DNA of 64,000 nucleotides from an uncultured Clostridium sp. (GCA_900551615.1 URWN01000005.1:1987-65986), one strand, 5' to 3'. Positions 29,676 to 40,446 are shown, counted from the first letter of the stretch. The notes: generated by a model from the sequence alone, not told the origin. Numbers and translations: made by a program.

Positions 29676-29702
29676 AAAAAAAGAGCGGTTAGTTCCACTC
29701 TT
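29676..29702 (-). terminator. rho-independent terminator downstream of the hemolysin-III gene
   Basis: On the minus strand AGAGTGG-aactaa-CCGCTCT is followed by TTTTTTT. Confidence 0.45.
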
Positions 29703-29754
29703 ATTCACTATATTCTACATAAAGCTACAAATACTATTAAAAATAATATTTTAA

Positions 29755-30429
29755 CTAAATAACATACAACAATATACAGAAAAATTGTAATATACTACCT
29801 AACAATATGAATAAATGGAATATTGAATGCATGTATCTTTTCTTTCTTCCTAACCCATATAATATAGCTCCAACTGTATAAGCAATGCCACCTGAAACCA
29901 ATAACACAAGACCTGGTATACCTAATAATTTTGGTAAAAGTTTAGCTGTAAAAATAATGCACCAGCCCATTCCTAAATAACAAATCATTGAAAATACTTT
30001 ATATTTTTTTATATCTACTGCATTTAATGTTATTCCTAAAATTGCAATTGCCCATATAATTCCGAAAATAGTCCAGCCAAGAACTGCATTATATTCCCTA
30101 AATGTTACTAAACAAAATGGAGTATATGAACCTGCAATTAATAAAAATATTGAACAATGGTCTAATATTTGAAAAACTTTCTTTGCTTTTCTTTCAGGTT
30201 TTAGTCCATGGTATATACTAGACATTGTATATAAAATTATCATCATTACACCATATATTGAACTACTTACAACACCATATCCATTATGATGAATTGCAGC
30301 AAATACAATACATAAAACTAATGCTACTATTCCAAAACTTCCTCCCACTATATGTGAGGTCATATTAAAAATTTCTTCACCTTTTGTGTAATCTGGTAAA
30401 ATTCTATCTTTTAATTTTGTTCTTGTCAT
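29755..30429 (-). CDS. hemolysin III family membrane protein (PAQR/YqfA)
   Basis: 224 aa with 7 TM helices and conserved His residues (HIVGG..., HGLKPERK, HLFILLG). Confidence 0.8.
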   Translation of the reverse strand: MTRTKLKDRILPDYTKGEEIFNMTSHIVGGSFGIVALVLCIVFAAIHHNGYGVVSSSIYGVMMIILYTMSSIYHGLKPERKAKKVFQILDHCSIFLLIAGSYTPFCLVTFREYNAVLGWTIFGIIWAIAILGITLNAVDIKKYKVFSMICYLGMGWCIIFTAKLLPKLLGIPGLVLLVSGGIAYTVGAILYGLGRKKRYMHSIFHLFILLGSILQFFCILLYVI

Positions 30430-30439
30430 TTTCCACTCC

Positions 30440-31882
30440 TTACTTTTTTATCCAGACAGATACACTTCTTGATTTAACACCAAAATTTCCGCATCCGTCT
30501 TCATCTATTGTAACTTCTTCCTCGCAATTCCCAAGGCCATCAATATATGTCTCACCTATATTTTGAGGTCCAATATACATTCTTTTGTATCCATCACCTG
30601 CATTAGAAATTACAACTGCCAAACTAGAATTAATATGTTCATCGTCTCCTTCTTGTGTCCAACCTATATAATTATTATGGTCAAAATAATCATGTTGTAA
30701 ACCATAAGACCTATCTTTCCTTATCAACATCAATGTTTTCAAATCATTTACTGGTTCAATATTGTCATGTTCTATTCCATAGTAATCTCCATAAAATACG
30801 CAAGGATATCCATCATTTCTTAGTAATATAATTGAATATGCTATTGATTTAAACCATCCTTGTATAAAACTTTGTAATGCTTGCCCTGGCTGTGTGTCAT
30901 GGTTATCCACAAATGTTACCGCCATACAAGGATTTTCCTTTACTAATGTATGCTCTAATATTTTTGACATATCATAATTAGGATCATTTGAAGCATTATA
31001 AAAATTATAATGTAATGGAACATCAAATAATGATATTTTTCCTTCTGTTGAAGTTATATATCTATGTAACTTATTTACATCTGCTGCCCAATATTCACCA
31101 ACTGCAAATAATTCTTTTTTACTTTCATCTCTTAATGTTTGTATCCATTTTTCATAAAAATCTGCATCTATATGTTTTACAGCATCTAGTCTAAATCCAT
31201 CTACTTTAGTTAAATCTAAATACCATTTACCCCAGTCAGTACATTCTTTTACAACTCTTGGATTTGAAAAATCTAAATCTGCTCCCATTAAATAATCAAA
31301 ATTACCAAACTCTTCATCAACCTCTGCACCCCATTTTTTATCAATAAATTTGAATATTGCATTTTCTCCTGTTTGGTTATTATAGTCTATTCCGTCAAAA
31401 TCTGTCCAGTTCCATTCAAAATCTGAATATTTATGTTTTCTTCCCGGAAATGTGAATTTTGTTGCTACTTTTACTGTTTCTTTTTGTGAAGTCTCAATGT
31501 TATGATTTGACCAATCAACTTTTGTTGCTGGTATTGTTTGAAGTGCATCTGCTCCCATTTTATGATTTAAAACAATATCTGCATAGCTTTCTATTCCTGC
31601 TTGTTTTAATGCTACTATCGCTTCCAAATATTCATCTTTTGATCCATATTTTGTTTTTATTGTACCTTTTTGATTAAATTCTCCTAAGTCATATAAATCA
31701 TATACTCCATATCCTACTTCATCTTTTCCACCTATTCCTTTGTATGCTGGCGGTAACCACATTGCTGTTACTCCTAAGTCTGCTAATTTTTCTGCGTTTT
31801 CTTTTACTTGATTCCATAAATTTTGTTTGCAATCCATATACCATTCAAAGTATTGCATTATTATTCCATTAATTTTTTTCAT
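30440..31882 (-). CDS. cytoplasmic alpha-amylase, GH13 (B. licheniformis-type subfamily)
   Basis: GVTAMWLPPAYKG, VGYGVYDLYDLGEFNQKGTIKTKYGSK, catalytic GFRLDAVKHID and FVDNHD. No signal peptide. Confidence 0.9.
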   Translation of the reverse strand: MKKINGIIMQYFEWYMDCKQNLWNQVKENAEKLADLGVTAMWLPPAYKGIGGKDEVGYGVYDLYDLGEFNQKGTIKTKYGSKDEYLEAIVALKQAGIESYADIVLNHKMGADALQTIPATKVDWSNHNIETSQKETVKVATKFTFPGRKHKYSDFEWNWTDFDGIDYNNQTGENAIFKFIDKKWGAEVDEEFGNFDYLMGADLDFSNPRVVKECTDWGKWYLDLTKVDGFRLDAVKHIDADFYEKWIQTLRDESKKELFAVGEYWAADVNKLHRYITSTEGKISLFDVPLHYNFYNASNDPNYDMSKILEHTLVKENPCMAVTFVDNHDTQPGQALQSFIQGWFKSIAYSIILLRNDGYPCVFYGDYYGIEHDNIEPVNDLKTLMLIRKDRSYGLQHDYFDHNNYIGWTQEGDDEHINSSLAVVISNAGDGYKRMYIGPQNIGETYIDGLGNCEEEVTIDEDGCGNFGVKSRSVSVWIKK

Positions 31883-32161
31883 TTGATTACCTTCTTTTTC
31901 TTTTGATTTTTTACTTTTGATATTATATCATTATGAGTTTTAAAAATCTAGTATTTTCATTTTTTACTTTAAAACTATACTAAATGGTCACTATAATTTA
32001 ATCAGTAAATTATTTAAAATAAAAAAATCAAAATATAAATTTCAAACAATTATTTCAAAAATTTATATAAAAGCATTTACTTTTTTATGTTCACTATGCT
32101 ATAATACTTAAAGTAACTCGTAAATTTAGGTCTAAAAGCAAGTGCTTTTGAGGAATTCATT

Positions 32162-32440
32162 ATGGGATTATTAAAAAAGAAAAAAAAGTATAAAGGTCAC
32201 TTAGTTATCGAAGACAATAACCTTGAAGCAGCAAAAGGCAAAGATGTATTGGAGCAAACATCCAATGGTAATATTATAATTCGTCATTATGATGAAAATG
32301 GTGTTGCAGACAACAATTATCGTGAAATTGATTTGGCCCATTGTCCAAACAATATTATGAAAGGAATCCACAAACAAGTTGGTGGAAAGGATTTCTTAAT
32401 ATCTGAATCATCATTAGAGCTAATTTTAGAACTATCCTAG
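32162..32440 (+). CDS. hypothetical small protein (92 aa)
   Basis: A TATAAT (extended TGcTATAAT) lies upstream at 32096-32104, and a strong terminator follows the ORF. Confidence 0.35.
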   Translation: MGLLKKKKKYKGHLVIEDNNLEAAKGKDVLEQTSNGNIIIRHYDENGVADNNYREIDLAHCPNNIMKGIHKQVGGKDFLISESSLELILELS

Positions 32441-32466
32441 TTGACCTAAAAACAAACTGAAAAGAA

Positions 32467-32489
32467 GCCAAAATATTTTGGCTTTTTTT
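32467..32489 (+). terminator. rho-independent terminator
   Basis: AGCCAAAATATTTTGGCT stem-loop followed by TTTTTT. Confidence 0.6.
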
Positions 32490-32572
32490 CAGCTTTTCTC
32501 TTCCTATTTCCAACAAAATATGATAAAATAACTCCAGTTTATATATCAAAAGAAAAATTAGGAGGAATTATT

Positions 32573-32821
32573 ATGGAATTTAATAAATGTAGTAGATGTG
32601 GAAATTTTTATGTATCAAATGACAATGTATGCCCTAAATGTAGTGCAAAAGACAACTTAGAATTTTCAACTTTTAAATCATATGTAGAAGAAAACGGTTT
32701 AACACAAAATTTAGATACTATATCTGGTGCAACTGGAATTACAGTAAAAAACATAAATAGATTTTTAAATTACTCTGAATTTACTGAACAATTTAAAAAC
32801 AACAAAAATATAAAATTATAA
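32573..32821 (+). CDS. zinc-ribbon protein, YvyF/TIGR03826-like
   Basis: MEFNKCSRCGNFYV...CPKCS CxxC...CxxC zinc ribbon. The architecture resembles B. subtilis YvyF. AGGAGG RBS. Confidence 0.4.
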   Translation: MEFNKCSRCGNFYVSNDNVCPKCSAKDNLEFSTFKSYVEENGLTQNLDTISGATGITVKNINRFLNYSEFTEQFKNNKNIKL

Positions 32822-32906
32822 TAATATATTCAAGCAAAAATACTGATTTATAAATATTTTAGCATAAATCATAAATATATTATCTTTAGAAAGGACGATC
32901 TTAATA

Positions 32907-34118
32907 ATGACAAATGTATTTAATATTTTAGAAGAAAGAGGATATATTGAGCAAATGACTCATCCTACAGAAATCAAGGAACTTTTTGGAAAAGAAAGTG
33001 TTCCATTTTATATTGGAATTGATCCAACAGCAGACAGTCTTCACGTTGGACACTTTGTTTCTTTAATGGTTGCAAGTCATATGCAAAAATGTGGACACAA
33101 ACCTATCATATTAGTTGGTGGTGGAACTGCAACAATCGGTGACCCATCTGGTAAAACTGATATGAGAAAAATGATGACAAGAGAAACTATTGACCACAAT
33201 GTTGAATGTATCAAAAAACAAATTGAAAAATTTATTAGTTTTGAAGGTGAAAATGCTGCAATTATAGTAAACAATGCAGATTGGCTTTTAGATTTAAATT
33301 TTGTTCAATTTATGAGAGATATTGGAAGCCTATTCTCTGTTAACAAAATGCTTGCAGCAGAATGTTACAAACAAAGAATGGAAACAGGTTTAACATTTTT
33401 TGAAATGAGTTATATGCTTATGCAATCTTATGATTTTTTACATTTATATGAAACATATGGATGTAAACTAGAAATGGGTGGAAACGATCAATGGTCTAAC
33501 ATTCTTGGTGGTGTTGATTTAATTAGAAGAATTGGAAAAGATGATTCTTATGGTTTAACATTTAAGCTTCTTACAACAAAAGAAGGTAAAAAAATGGGTA
33601 AAACTGAAAAAGGTGCCCTATGGCTAGATCCAGAAAAAACTTCACCATATGAATTCTATCAATATTGGAGAAATATTGAAGATGAAAGCGTTGAAAACGT
33701 TTTAAAATTATTAACATTCTTACCTATGGATAAAATAAAAGAACTTGCTTCTTTAAAAGATGAAAAAATAAACGAAGCTAAAAAAATTGCTGCTTTTGAA
33801 ATCACAAAATTAGTTCATGGTGAAGAAGAAGCTAAAAAAGCTGAAGAAGCTGCTAATGCCCTATTTACTGGTAAAGGTAATTTAGATAATATGCCTACTG
33901 TTGAATTACAAAATAAAAATATTTCAATTTTAGATGCTATTATTTTAACTGGTATTGCTCCTTCTAAAGGCCAAGCTAGAACTTTAATTAATCAAGGTGG
34001 TATTTCTTTGAATGATAATAAAATTTCTGATGTGAACTATGTTCTTTCAGATGTTGATTTTAATGATGGTTATGCTATTTTGAAAAAAGGTAAAAAAGTG
34101 TTTTACAAATTAGTCTAA
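32907..34118 (+). CDS. tyrS: tyrosine--tRNA ligase
   Basis: HIGH motif [13 protein letters not shown]-type motif KMGKTEKG, and a C-terminal S4 domain. Confidence 0.95.
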   Translation: MTNVFNILEERGYIEQMTHPTEIKELFGKESVPFYIGIDPTADSLHVGHFVSLMVASHMQKCGHKPIILVGGGTATIGDPSGKTDMRKMMTRETIDHNVECIKKQIEKFISFEGENAAIIVNNADWLLDLNFVQFMRDIGSLFSVNKMLAAECYKQRMETGLTFFEMSYMLMQSYDFLHLYETYGCKLEMGGNDQWSNILGGVDLIRRIGKDDSYGLTFKLLTTKEGKKMGKTEKGALWLDPEKTSPYEFYQYWRNIEDESVENVLKLLTFLPMDKIKELASLKDEKINEAKKIAAFEITKLVHGEEEAKKAEEAANALFTGKGNLDNMPTVELQNKNISILDAIILTGIAPSKGQARTLINQGGISLNDNKISDVNYVLSDVDFNDGYAILKKGKKVFYKLV

Positions 34119-34321
34119 CAAAACGGGATTAAGGTGTTGCCACTCCAAAAATCCTTTTTTGTTTTATCAAAAGAGATTATTATATATTAATATTTCAGAA
34201 AAAATACTTCTTCGGGTCTTCCATTGGGACTTTTTCTTTAATATTAATATATAATAATCTCTTATAAAAAATATAAATGAAAACGTGATTTTAGGTGGTA
34301 ATCCCTTAATCCCGTTTTGTT
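34117..34321. repeat. nested perfect inverted repeats between convergent tyrS and the UPF0182 gene
   Basis: An 18-bp outer pair, AACAAAACGGGATTAAGG (34117-34134) and CCTTAATCCCGTTTTGTT (34304-34321), brackets a 24-bp inner pair: AAGAGATTATTATATATTAATATT (34171-34194) and its exact reverse complement (34240-34263). Confidence 0.55.
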
Positions 34322-37115
34322 ATTCTAATATATTATTTTCTTCAACTACATTGTTTACTTCATTATCGACTTCATTTTTTATTTCAGCTTTTTTCTTATC
34401 TTCCTTTGCTTTCTCAGTTTCCAAAGAATCAATCAAACTTTGTAATTTTTTAATATCAGAACCCATAAGTTCCCAATCCTTATTATTTGTAGATTCAGAC
34501 AAATTTTTATTAGCCTTAACAATAGCATCAATTAAACCATCTATATCATCAGTATCTTCAACTTCAATATTAGATGCTTCTTTTGAAAGTAGATTTTTTA
34601 AAGCTATATCTAAATTATCACCAATTGCAACTTTGTTACCTGATGCTACAACAACCTTTTTAAGCATTGGTATTTTTGATTCTTCATTCAACATTGTTTG
34701 ATAAATTGATTCTACATATAATAATGTGTTGTTTACTGGTACAACTACCATGTCTTTTGTTACTTTTGTTCCACTAGTGTTTAAGTTTTGAATTTCAGAA
34801 TATATAGTTTCGTCTTGTTCAATTTGATTGTCTAATTGCATTGGTCCAAAAATATTACTATCTTGTGAGAATTTATACAATTTCAATTTATTTGAATTTC
34901 CATCTGTTGTTCCAACTAAATATGAAATTAAATTTTGTTTTGATTCTGGTGTATAAATTTGTACTAAACCAATTTCATTTTTATTATCTTCTTTAACCAT
35001 TGTATAATATGGCTTTAATTCTGTTCCTGTTGATTTTGTAACATTTGTTGCATTGTATTTTGCTAAACTCCATACATCATCTGTTCTATATAATACATCT
35101 GGTTTTACATTATGATATATTTTTAATAGTTCTGCTTGAACATTATATAAATATTCTGGATAAATAAAATGTTCTGATATGTCTTCTGGTATTTCTGAAT
35201 TTATATCTTCAAATACTGTTGGATAAATATTTCTATATGCCATAGCAATTGGATCAGTTTTATCTGTTACATAAAATTTCATTGTACCATCATATGCATC
35301 TATTATTACTTTTACAGAGTTTCTTATGTAATTGATTTTTTCTTTTATTCCGTCATGTTCTATTGATGTATATTGTGAATATGGATAATCACTTGAAACT
35401 GTATATGCATCTAATACCCACACTGTTTTTCCTTCTTCTGTTACAACTGTATATGGATTTTCATCATAAATTAAATATGGCATTGCTTCTTTTGCTCTTT
35501 TTATAATATTTCTATTTATTAAAATTTTGCTATCTTTATTTATTTCTGTTGAAAATGCTAAGTTTAAATCCCCTGTTTTTATTCCTAGTATTAACCTATC
35601 AATAAATCCAAGTTGTAGGCCTGCTTGACCATTATATGTTGATGTATGCTCTAAACCATATTCGTCTGTGTAATCATATTCTTGTTTATTTTTTACACTT
35701 GTTGCAATCGCATTATTTGTTTCTAACCCAAAATAAATATCTTGAGTTTTTGTTCCTATTTGTTCATCTTTTCCAGATACATCTTTTTGGATATAATTTA
35801 AGCTACCTGTTGCAGTTGTAGAAGTTGCATCTATTACTATTTGGCCTTTTCCATGTGTATATTCATATGTTTTACTATTATATGTTCTGCCTGAATTTGT
35901 AACTTCTCTTGGTGCAACATATACAAGTGTATCTTTCCCTGATATTTTATATTTTGCAATATTTGCATTTCTATATGTATAATATCCTGTTCCCGTTTGA
36001 TTATCATCTAATGTTTTTAATACAACATCTTGATTTACTAATCTTGTATTATTTATTATATCTGTATTTTCATTAACTTCATTTTGTGTTATTGTTCCTG
36101 AATTTTCTAAATTTGTTTCTTCAATATCTATGTTATATGCAGCCTTTGTATATTTTATATTATCAGCTATATAATCTTTTTCTTTATCTAGTGTATTTGA
36201 ATTTACAAAAATCAAATTAAATACAATTATTACTAAAAACATTACTACTAAATATCCTGGTATTATAGCTAAATTTTTAAGTACTTTTACTGTATCATTC
36301 TTTTTAAAAGCTTTTATCGCTCTCATTGCTCCAAAAATTATTACAAATGAAAATATTAAATATCCCCATCTTTGAACCATTACATCAGTATAACTTGCAC
36401 CTATAATTTCTATATTTTCTGTAGAATCAACATCATTTTTTATTGTCAACATTTTACTTAATGATATATTTGTTATATTCAATGCATTTATTAAAGCAAT
36501 TAAAATTACTACCATTACCGCATTTCTTAGGATCTTTTTAACTAATAAGCTTTCTCTTACCATCTTTCCGTCTACACCGTCAAAAAATCTATTAAATACA
36601 ATTACATAATAAACTGCCATATATATTGTTAATCCTATAAGTATTTCTGCAAAGTATCCTAATATAGTTTGGACAAACGGCTTTTGGAACATATAGAATG
36701 CTATATCCAATCCAAAAACCGGATCATTTATTCCAAATGACGCATTACTTGCACACAATAAAAATTGTTTCATTAATGTATTAGAAACTAGTGTACTTAC
36801 TATTACTGAAGTTACAAATGCTATTGACTTATTTAATAACTTTGGCATTTCTTTATTTTCTTTTTCAAAAAAAGGTTTTAGTCCTTTTTTTATTCCTCTA
36901 TTTGTAAAATACATTATTATATACAACATTACAAAATTAATTCCAAAAATTATATATTTACATTGTAAATTTGTTTCAAATGCCTGTATATAATTTTCGC
37001 CTAACTCTTTATATTGTAAATATGTTCCTCTTAAACTTGTATAACTTCCAATTATAAATATTGCTAGAAATAATATTACAATAATCATCCTTGTTTTACT
37101 TTTATTCTTTTCCAA
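34320..37115 (-). CDS. UPF0182 family membrane protein (931 aa)
   Basis: N-terminal 7-TM region followed by a large extracytoplasmic domain and an acidic K/E-rich tail. Size and topology are typical of UPF0182. Confidence 0.55.
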   Translation of the reverse strand: MEKNKSKTRMIIVILFLAIFIIGSYTSLRGTYLQYKELGENYIQAFETNLQCKYIIFGINFVMLYIIMYFTNRGIKKGLKPFFEKENKEMPKLLNKSIAFVTSVIVSTLVSNTLMKQFLLCASNASFGINDPVFGLDIAFYMFQKPFVQTILGYFAEILIGLTIYMAVYYVIVFNRFFDGVDGKMVRESLLVKKILRNAVMVVILIALINALNITNISLSKMLTIKNDVDSTENIEIIGASYTDVMVQRWGYLIFSFVIIFGAMRAIKAFKKNDTVKVLKNLAIIPGYLVVMFLVIIVFNLIFVNSNTLDKEKDYIADNIKYTKAAYNIDIEETNLENSGTITQNEVNENTDIINNTRLVNQDVVLKTLDDNQTGTGYYTYRNANIAKYKISGKDTLVYVAPREVTNSGRTYNSKTYEYTHGKGQIVIDATSTTATGSLNYIQKDVSGKDEQIGTKTQDIYFGLETNNAIATSVKNKQEYDYTDEYGLEHTSTYNGQAGLQLGFIDRLILGIKTGDLNLAFSTEINKDSKILINRNIIKRAKEAMPYLIYDENPYTVVTEEGKTVWVLDAYTVSSDYPYSQYTSIEHDGIKEKINYIRNSVKVIIDAYDGTMKFYVTDKTDPIAMAYRNIYPTVFEDINSEIPEDISEHFIYPEYLYNVQAELLKIYHNVKPDVLYRTDDVWSLAKYNATNVTKSTGTELKPYYTMVKEDNKNEIGLVQIYTPESKQNLISYLVGTTDGNSNKLKLYKFSQDSNIFGPMQLDNQIEQDETIYSEIQNLNTSGTKVTKDMVVVPVNNTLLYVESIYQTMLNEESKIPMLKKVVVASGNKVAIGDNLDIALKNLLSKEASNIEVEDTDDIDGLIDAIVKANKNLSESTNNKDWELMGSDIKKLQSLIDSLETEKAKEDKKKAEIKNEVDNEVNNVVEENNILE

Positions 37116-37145
37116 TTTATACCTCCTTATTCAAGTGTCCAAAAG

Positions 37146-37176
37146 GGACGGTTCTTTTTGGACACTTTGGAACACA
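37146..37176. repeat. palindromic hairpin GTGTCCAAAAGGGACGGTTCTTTTTGGACAC immediately upstream of the UPF0182 RBS
   Basis: Shares the CAAAAGGGACG core with the 27260-27345 hairpins, and sits in the same position relative to an RBS (AGGAGG at 37131-37138, minus strand). Confidence 0.45.
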
Positions 37177-37227
37177 TTCTTACTTTAATAAAAACGTCAC
37201 AATAGTTCCCTGCTCGCTGTCTGTTAA

Positions 37228-38133
37228 CTAAATTATTGCTTTTACAAAATCTTCTGAATTAAAGATTTCCATATCATCAATTTGTTCTCCAACTCCAATA
37301 AACTTAACCGGAATTTTATTTTCTTCTACAATTCCTATAACAACTCCACCTTTTGCTGTTCCGTCTAGTTTTGTTAAAACTATTCCTGTTATATCTGTTT
37401 CTTGCTTAAAAGCTTTTACTTGTGATATAGCATTTTGTCCTGTTGTTCCGTCAATTACAAGTAAAACTTCTTTGTCTGCATCTGGCATTTCTTTGTTTAT
37501 AACTTTTTGAATTTTATTTAATTCATCCATTAAGTATTTTTTGTTATGAAGTCTTCCAGCTGTATCTACTATTAGTACATCTGCTCCATTTTCTTTTGTT
37601 TTCTTGATTGCATCAAATACTACTGACGCTGGGTCTACTCCTTCGTCTCTTTTTACTATGTCTGCTCCTGCCCTTTTTGCCCATATTTCTAATTGTTCAA
37701 CCGCTGCTGCTCTAAATGTATCTGCTGCTGCAACTACAACTTTTTTTCCGTCTTTTGCTAATCTATTTGCCATTTTTCCAATTGATGTTGTTTTTCCAAC
37801 TCCATTTACTCCAACTACTAAAATTACTGATGGTTTTGTATTTAAATGTAAACCAATATCTGTTACATCTAATATTTTTTGCATTTCTTCTCTTAATGCT
37901 TGTTTTACATCTTCTTCATCTTGTATTTTTTCTTTTTTGATTCTTTCTCTTAAACTTGATATTATTTTAATTGATGTGTCCATTCCTATGTCTGACATTA
38001 TTAGTATTTCTTCTAGTTCGTCTAAAAAATCTTCGTCAACTTTTCTGAAGTTTTTGAATACGTTGTTTATTTTTTCATCAAATGATGTTTTTGTTTTGTT
38101 CAACCCGTTTTTTAATTTATCGAAAAATCCCAT
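37228..38133 (-). CDS. ftsY: signal recognition particle receptor FtsY (short form)
   Basis: GVNGVGKTTSIGKMA (G1), DTAGR (G3), TKLDG (G4). Confidence 0.9.
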   Translation of the reverse strand: MGFFDKLKNGLNKTKTSFDEKINNVFKNFRKVDEDFLDELEEILIMSDIGMDTSIKIISSLRERIKKEKIQDEEDVKQALREEMQKILDVTDIGLHLNTKPSVILVVGVNGVGKTTSIGKMANRLAKDGKKVVVAAADTFRAAAVEQLEIWAKRAGADIVKRDEGVDPASVVFDAIKKTKENGADVLIVDTAGRLHNKKYLMDELNKIQKVINKEMPDADKEVLLVIDGTTGQNAISQVKAFKQETDITGIVLTKLDGTAKGGVVIGIVEENKIPVKFIGVGEQIDDMEIFNSEDFVKAII

Positions 38134-38227
38134 AAATCTAATCCGCCTTTCTTTTTTTAATTATTTTTATTTATATATGGTTTTACTTGTCTGTTTCAAT
38201 TTTTCATTAACACTATTAGTATAGCAC

Positions 38228-38256
38228 ATTTTACCAGTTATGGCAACCATTTTTTG
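38228..38256 (-). promoter_or_regulatory. putative sigma-70 promoter of ftsY (TTGCCA-17-TGcTATACT)
   Basis: Minus-strand -35 at 38251-38256 and extended -10 at 38228-38233. Confidence 0.4.
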
Positions 38257-38282
38257 AGACAAGTGGAACAACACAAAAATGA

Positions 38283-38311
38283 GACAGTTTTGCACTGTCC
38301 CATTTGTTTAA
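38283..38311 (-). terminator. terminator-like hairpin GGGACAG-tgcaaaa-CTGTCTC with U-run (paralog of the 25112-25142 copy)
   Basis: On the minus strand GGGACAGTGCAAAACTGTCTC is followed by ATTTTTG. About 24 of 27 nt are identical to the copy downstream of the PBP gene. Confidence 0.4.
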
Positions 38312-38583
38312 TTTGTCTCTTTTAATTAATTGCAGTTCCATTTACATATAATTTATAACCATTAAAATCAATATGATTTATCACATTCTCAATTATCCAT
38401 TCTCATTAAATTACTTTTTACATCATTAGCTCTTTGACTATAATTTTTATTTTTTACGTACAAATGATAAATAAGCTTCCAAATTATTTTATTAATGAAT
38501 TTATTTTATCATATTTTTATTAAATTAACATTAAATTTAAAATAATTTTGGAGAGCTTATAAAAAACTCTCCTTTTCTCCTTA

Positions 38584-39966
38584 TTATATATTTACATCTT
38601 TCTTTCTATAAACCGCAAAAATCAAAGCTAAACACATCATATTAACAACCAATTCGCCACAGCCATAAGTAACAAAAGGAAGATTAAAGCTAGCACCAAA
38701 AAGCAAATTAAAATTCATCAAAACGTTAAATATACTCTGCAAAATAAACATACAACCAATTCCTAAAATTATTAAACTACCATACTTTTCTTTAATCTTA
38801 AATGAATTAATTACTAACTTTATAGAAAAAGCCAAAACAGCAATAATCAAAGTAACAGTTGGTATCCAACCAAAATGAGTTAATATTGATATAATTTCAT
38901 TATTTCCAAATCCATCAAATAAATATATGGCATCACTCATATTTTCCGCTTCGCCAAATTTTTGTGCAGACTCAATTATTTCTTTTCTGTTTAATGCCCT
39001 CCATCCTTCTTTTTCCTTATATTCTTCCGGATTATATACTGAAATAAATTTATCCAAAACATATGGATTTGCTAAAACTTCAAATAAAACGACTACTGTT
39101 CCAACTATTATAGGTATTCCCCACAACATTAATAGCTGTTTTCTCTTATTTTCACTCTCACTTACTACCTTTTTTGTAGCTAAAATTAAATATGTAATTG
39201 CTAACACTATTACTGATGATGATGAAGGAATTAAGCTTAACATTAGTAATGATATCAAACTTAAAACAACTAATTTTAAAACATTGGAATTTATTTTAAT
39301 ATTTTTTTCTTTAAATAGTTTAGTTAATTTATTTTCTTCATTTATATTTTCTAAAAAAACAATAAAAGCAAGAATATATAATGGTATAGCTATTGTATTT
39401 GACCTTATGCTATAATTTCCTATTCTTAAAAAATTTATGCCATTAACTGATATTCCAAATAAAAAAGCTAATATTATTACTACTGTTGCAATTATATATA
39501 AAATTAATGGTTTATTTTTAATTTTTTTATAATCACAAAAATATATTATTACACCTATTGAAAAACCTAAAACTACAAAGCATGCATATTTTATCATATA
39601 GTTTGTTGTAATATATTCGCTTACTCCTTCTTTCATATACTGCATCATTTCTGTATGTTCATTTTCTGTAATTATGTACGAAATTACAAAGCCAAAAATC
39701 AATAAAACAACTAATATTATTAACAATTTCCAATCTAATCTAGGTCTATGTACTTTGTTTAATTCTTTTCCAATAATTTCGGCGTCTCCCATTTGCTCAA
39801 CTGCGTCTTTCTCTGCTTCCTCTTCATTTTGTCCCATTTCAATTAGTTCTTCTTTTTTGTCCTCTATATGATCTTTTAGTTCTTCAGCTATTGTATTTCT
39901 TATTGGTTTGTATTTTATTTGCTCACATACCGAGTTTAGAAATTCATTAATTTGCAAATGAAACAC
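38584..39966 (-). CDS. PadR-associated membrane protein (cytoplasmic anti-sigma-like/DUF1700-type N-terminus, then about 8 TM helices)
   Basis: Overlaps padR by 20 nt. Charged N-terminal domain followed by a polytopic region. Confidence 0.5.
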   Translation of the reverse strand: MFHLQINEFLNSVCEQIKYKPIRNTIAEELKDHIEDKKEELIEMGQNEEEAEKDAVEQMGDAEIIGKELNKVHRPRLDWKLLIILVVLLIFGFVISYIITENEHTEMMQYMKEGVSEYITTNYMIKYACFVVLGFSIGVIIYFCDYKKIKNKPLILYIIATVVIILAFLFGISVNGINFLRIGNYSIRSNTIAIPLYILAFIVFLENINEENKLTKLFKEKNIKINSNVLKLVVLSLISLLMLSLIPSSSSVIVLAITYLILATKKVVSESENKRKQLLMLWGIPIIVGTVVVLFEVLANPYVLDKFISVYNPEEYKEKEGWRALNRKEIIESAQKFGEAENMSDAIYLFDGFGNNEIISILTHFGWIPTVTLIIAVLAFSIKLVINSFKIKEKYGSLIILGIGCMFILQSIFNVLMNFNLLFGASFNLPFVTYGCGELVVNMMCLALIFAVYRKKDVNI

Positions 39967-40285
39967 CTCCTATTACTCTATTTACTGATTCACTAAAAAT
40001 TTTCCATTCTTCGTTTTTTTCTTTTAATGATTTTTTTCCTTTTGTTGTTATTGCATAATATTTTCTTTTCTTTCCTGTTGTATCATCCCAATATGATGAG
40101 ATTAATCCTTCTTCTTCTAATGAATGTAATATTGGATATAGTGTTCCTTCTTTAAATTCAAATACATTATTTGATTTTTCTTTTAGCTTTTTTATCATTT
40201 GATATCCATACATGTTCTCATCTTTGACCATTTCCAATATTAGCATTTTTGTGCTTCCTTTTAATAATTCTTTGCTTATTTTCAT
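39947..40285 (-). CDS. PadR family transcriptional regulator
   Basis: 112 aa: LILEMVKDENMYGYQMIKKL...GTLYPILHSLEEEGLIS, a winged HTH of PadR type. Confidence 0.85.
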   Translation of the reverse strand: MKISKELLKGSTKMLILEMVKDENMYGYQMIKKLKEKSNNVFEFKEGTLYPILHSLEEEGLISSYWDDTTGKKRKYYAITTKGKKSLKEKNEEWKIFSESVNRVIGGVSFAN

Positions 40286-40332
40286 CTTTATACCTTACCT
40301 TTCTGTTTTTACTAAATATAATTGTTAAAAAT

Positions 40333-40379
40333 AATACCTAGTAATTCTATGTATTTTATACATAGTAACACTAGGTATT
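40333..40379. promoter_or_regulatory. extended imperfect palindrome with ATGT-N7-ACAT core upstream of padR (putative PadR operator)
   Basis: AATACCTAGTAATTCTATGTATTTTATACATAGTAACACTAGGTATT, 48-94 nt upstream of the padR start. Confidence 0.35.
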
Positions 40380-40446
40380 ACTTTTGTCAATATTTTTTTA
40401 TTTTTTTCTTGCTTGTTATGATTTCTTGTGTTATACTTTTTTATAT

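Noticed and set aside
32441-32906. Expected T-box leader upstream of tyrS
   Set aside because: No GGTGGTACCGCG-type motif or antiterminator is present. The gap before tyrS is only 85 nt and is occupied upstream by a credible zinc-ribbon ORF with its own RBS.
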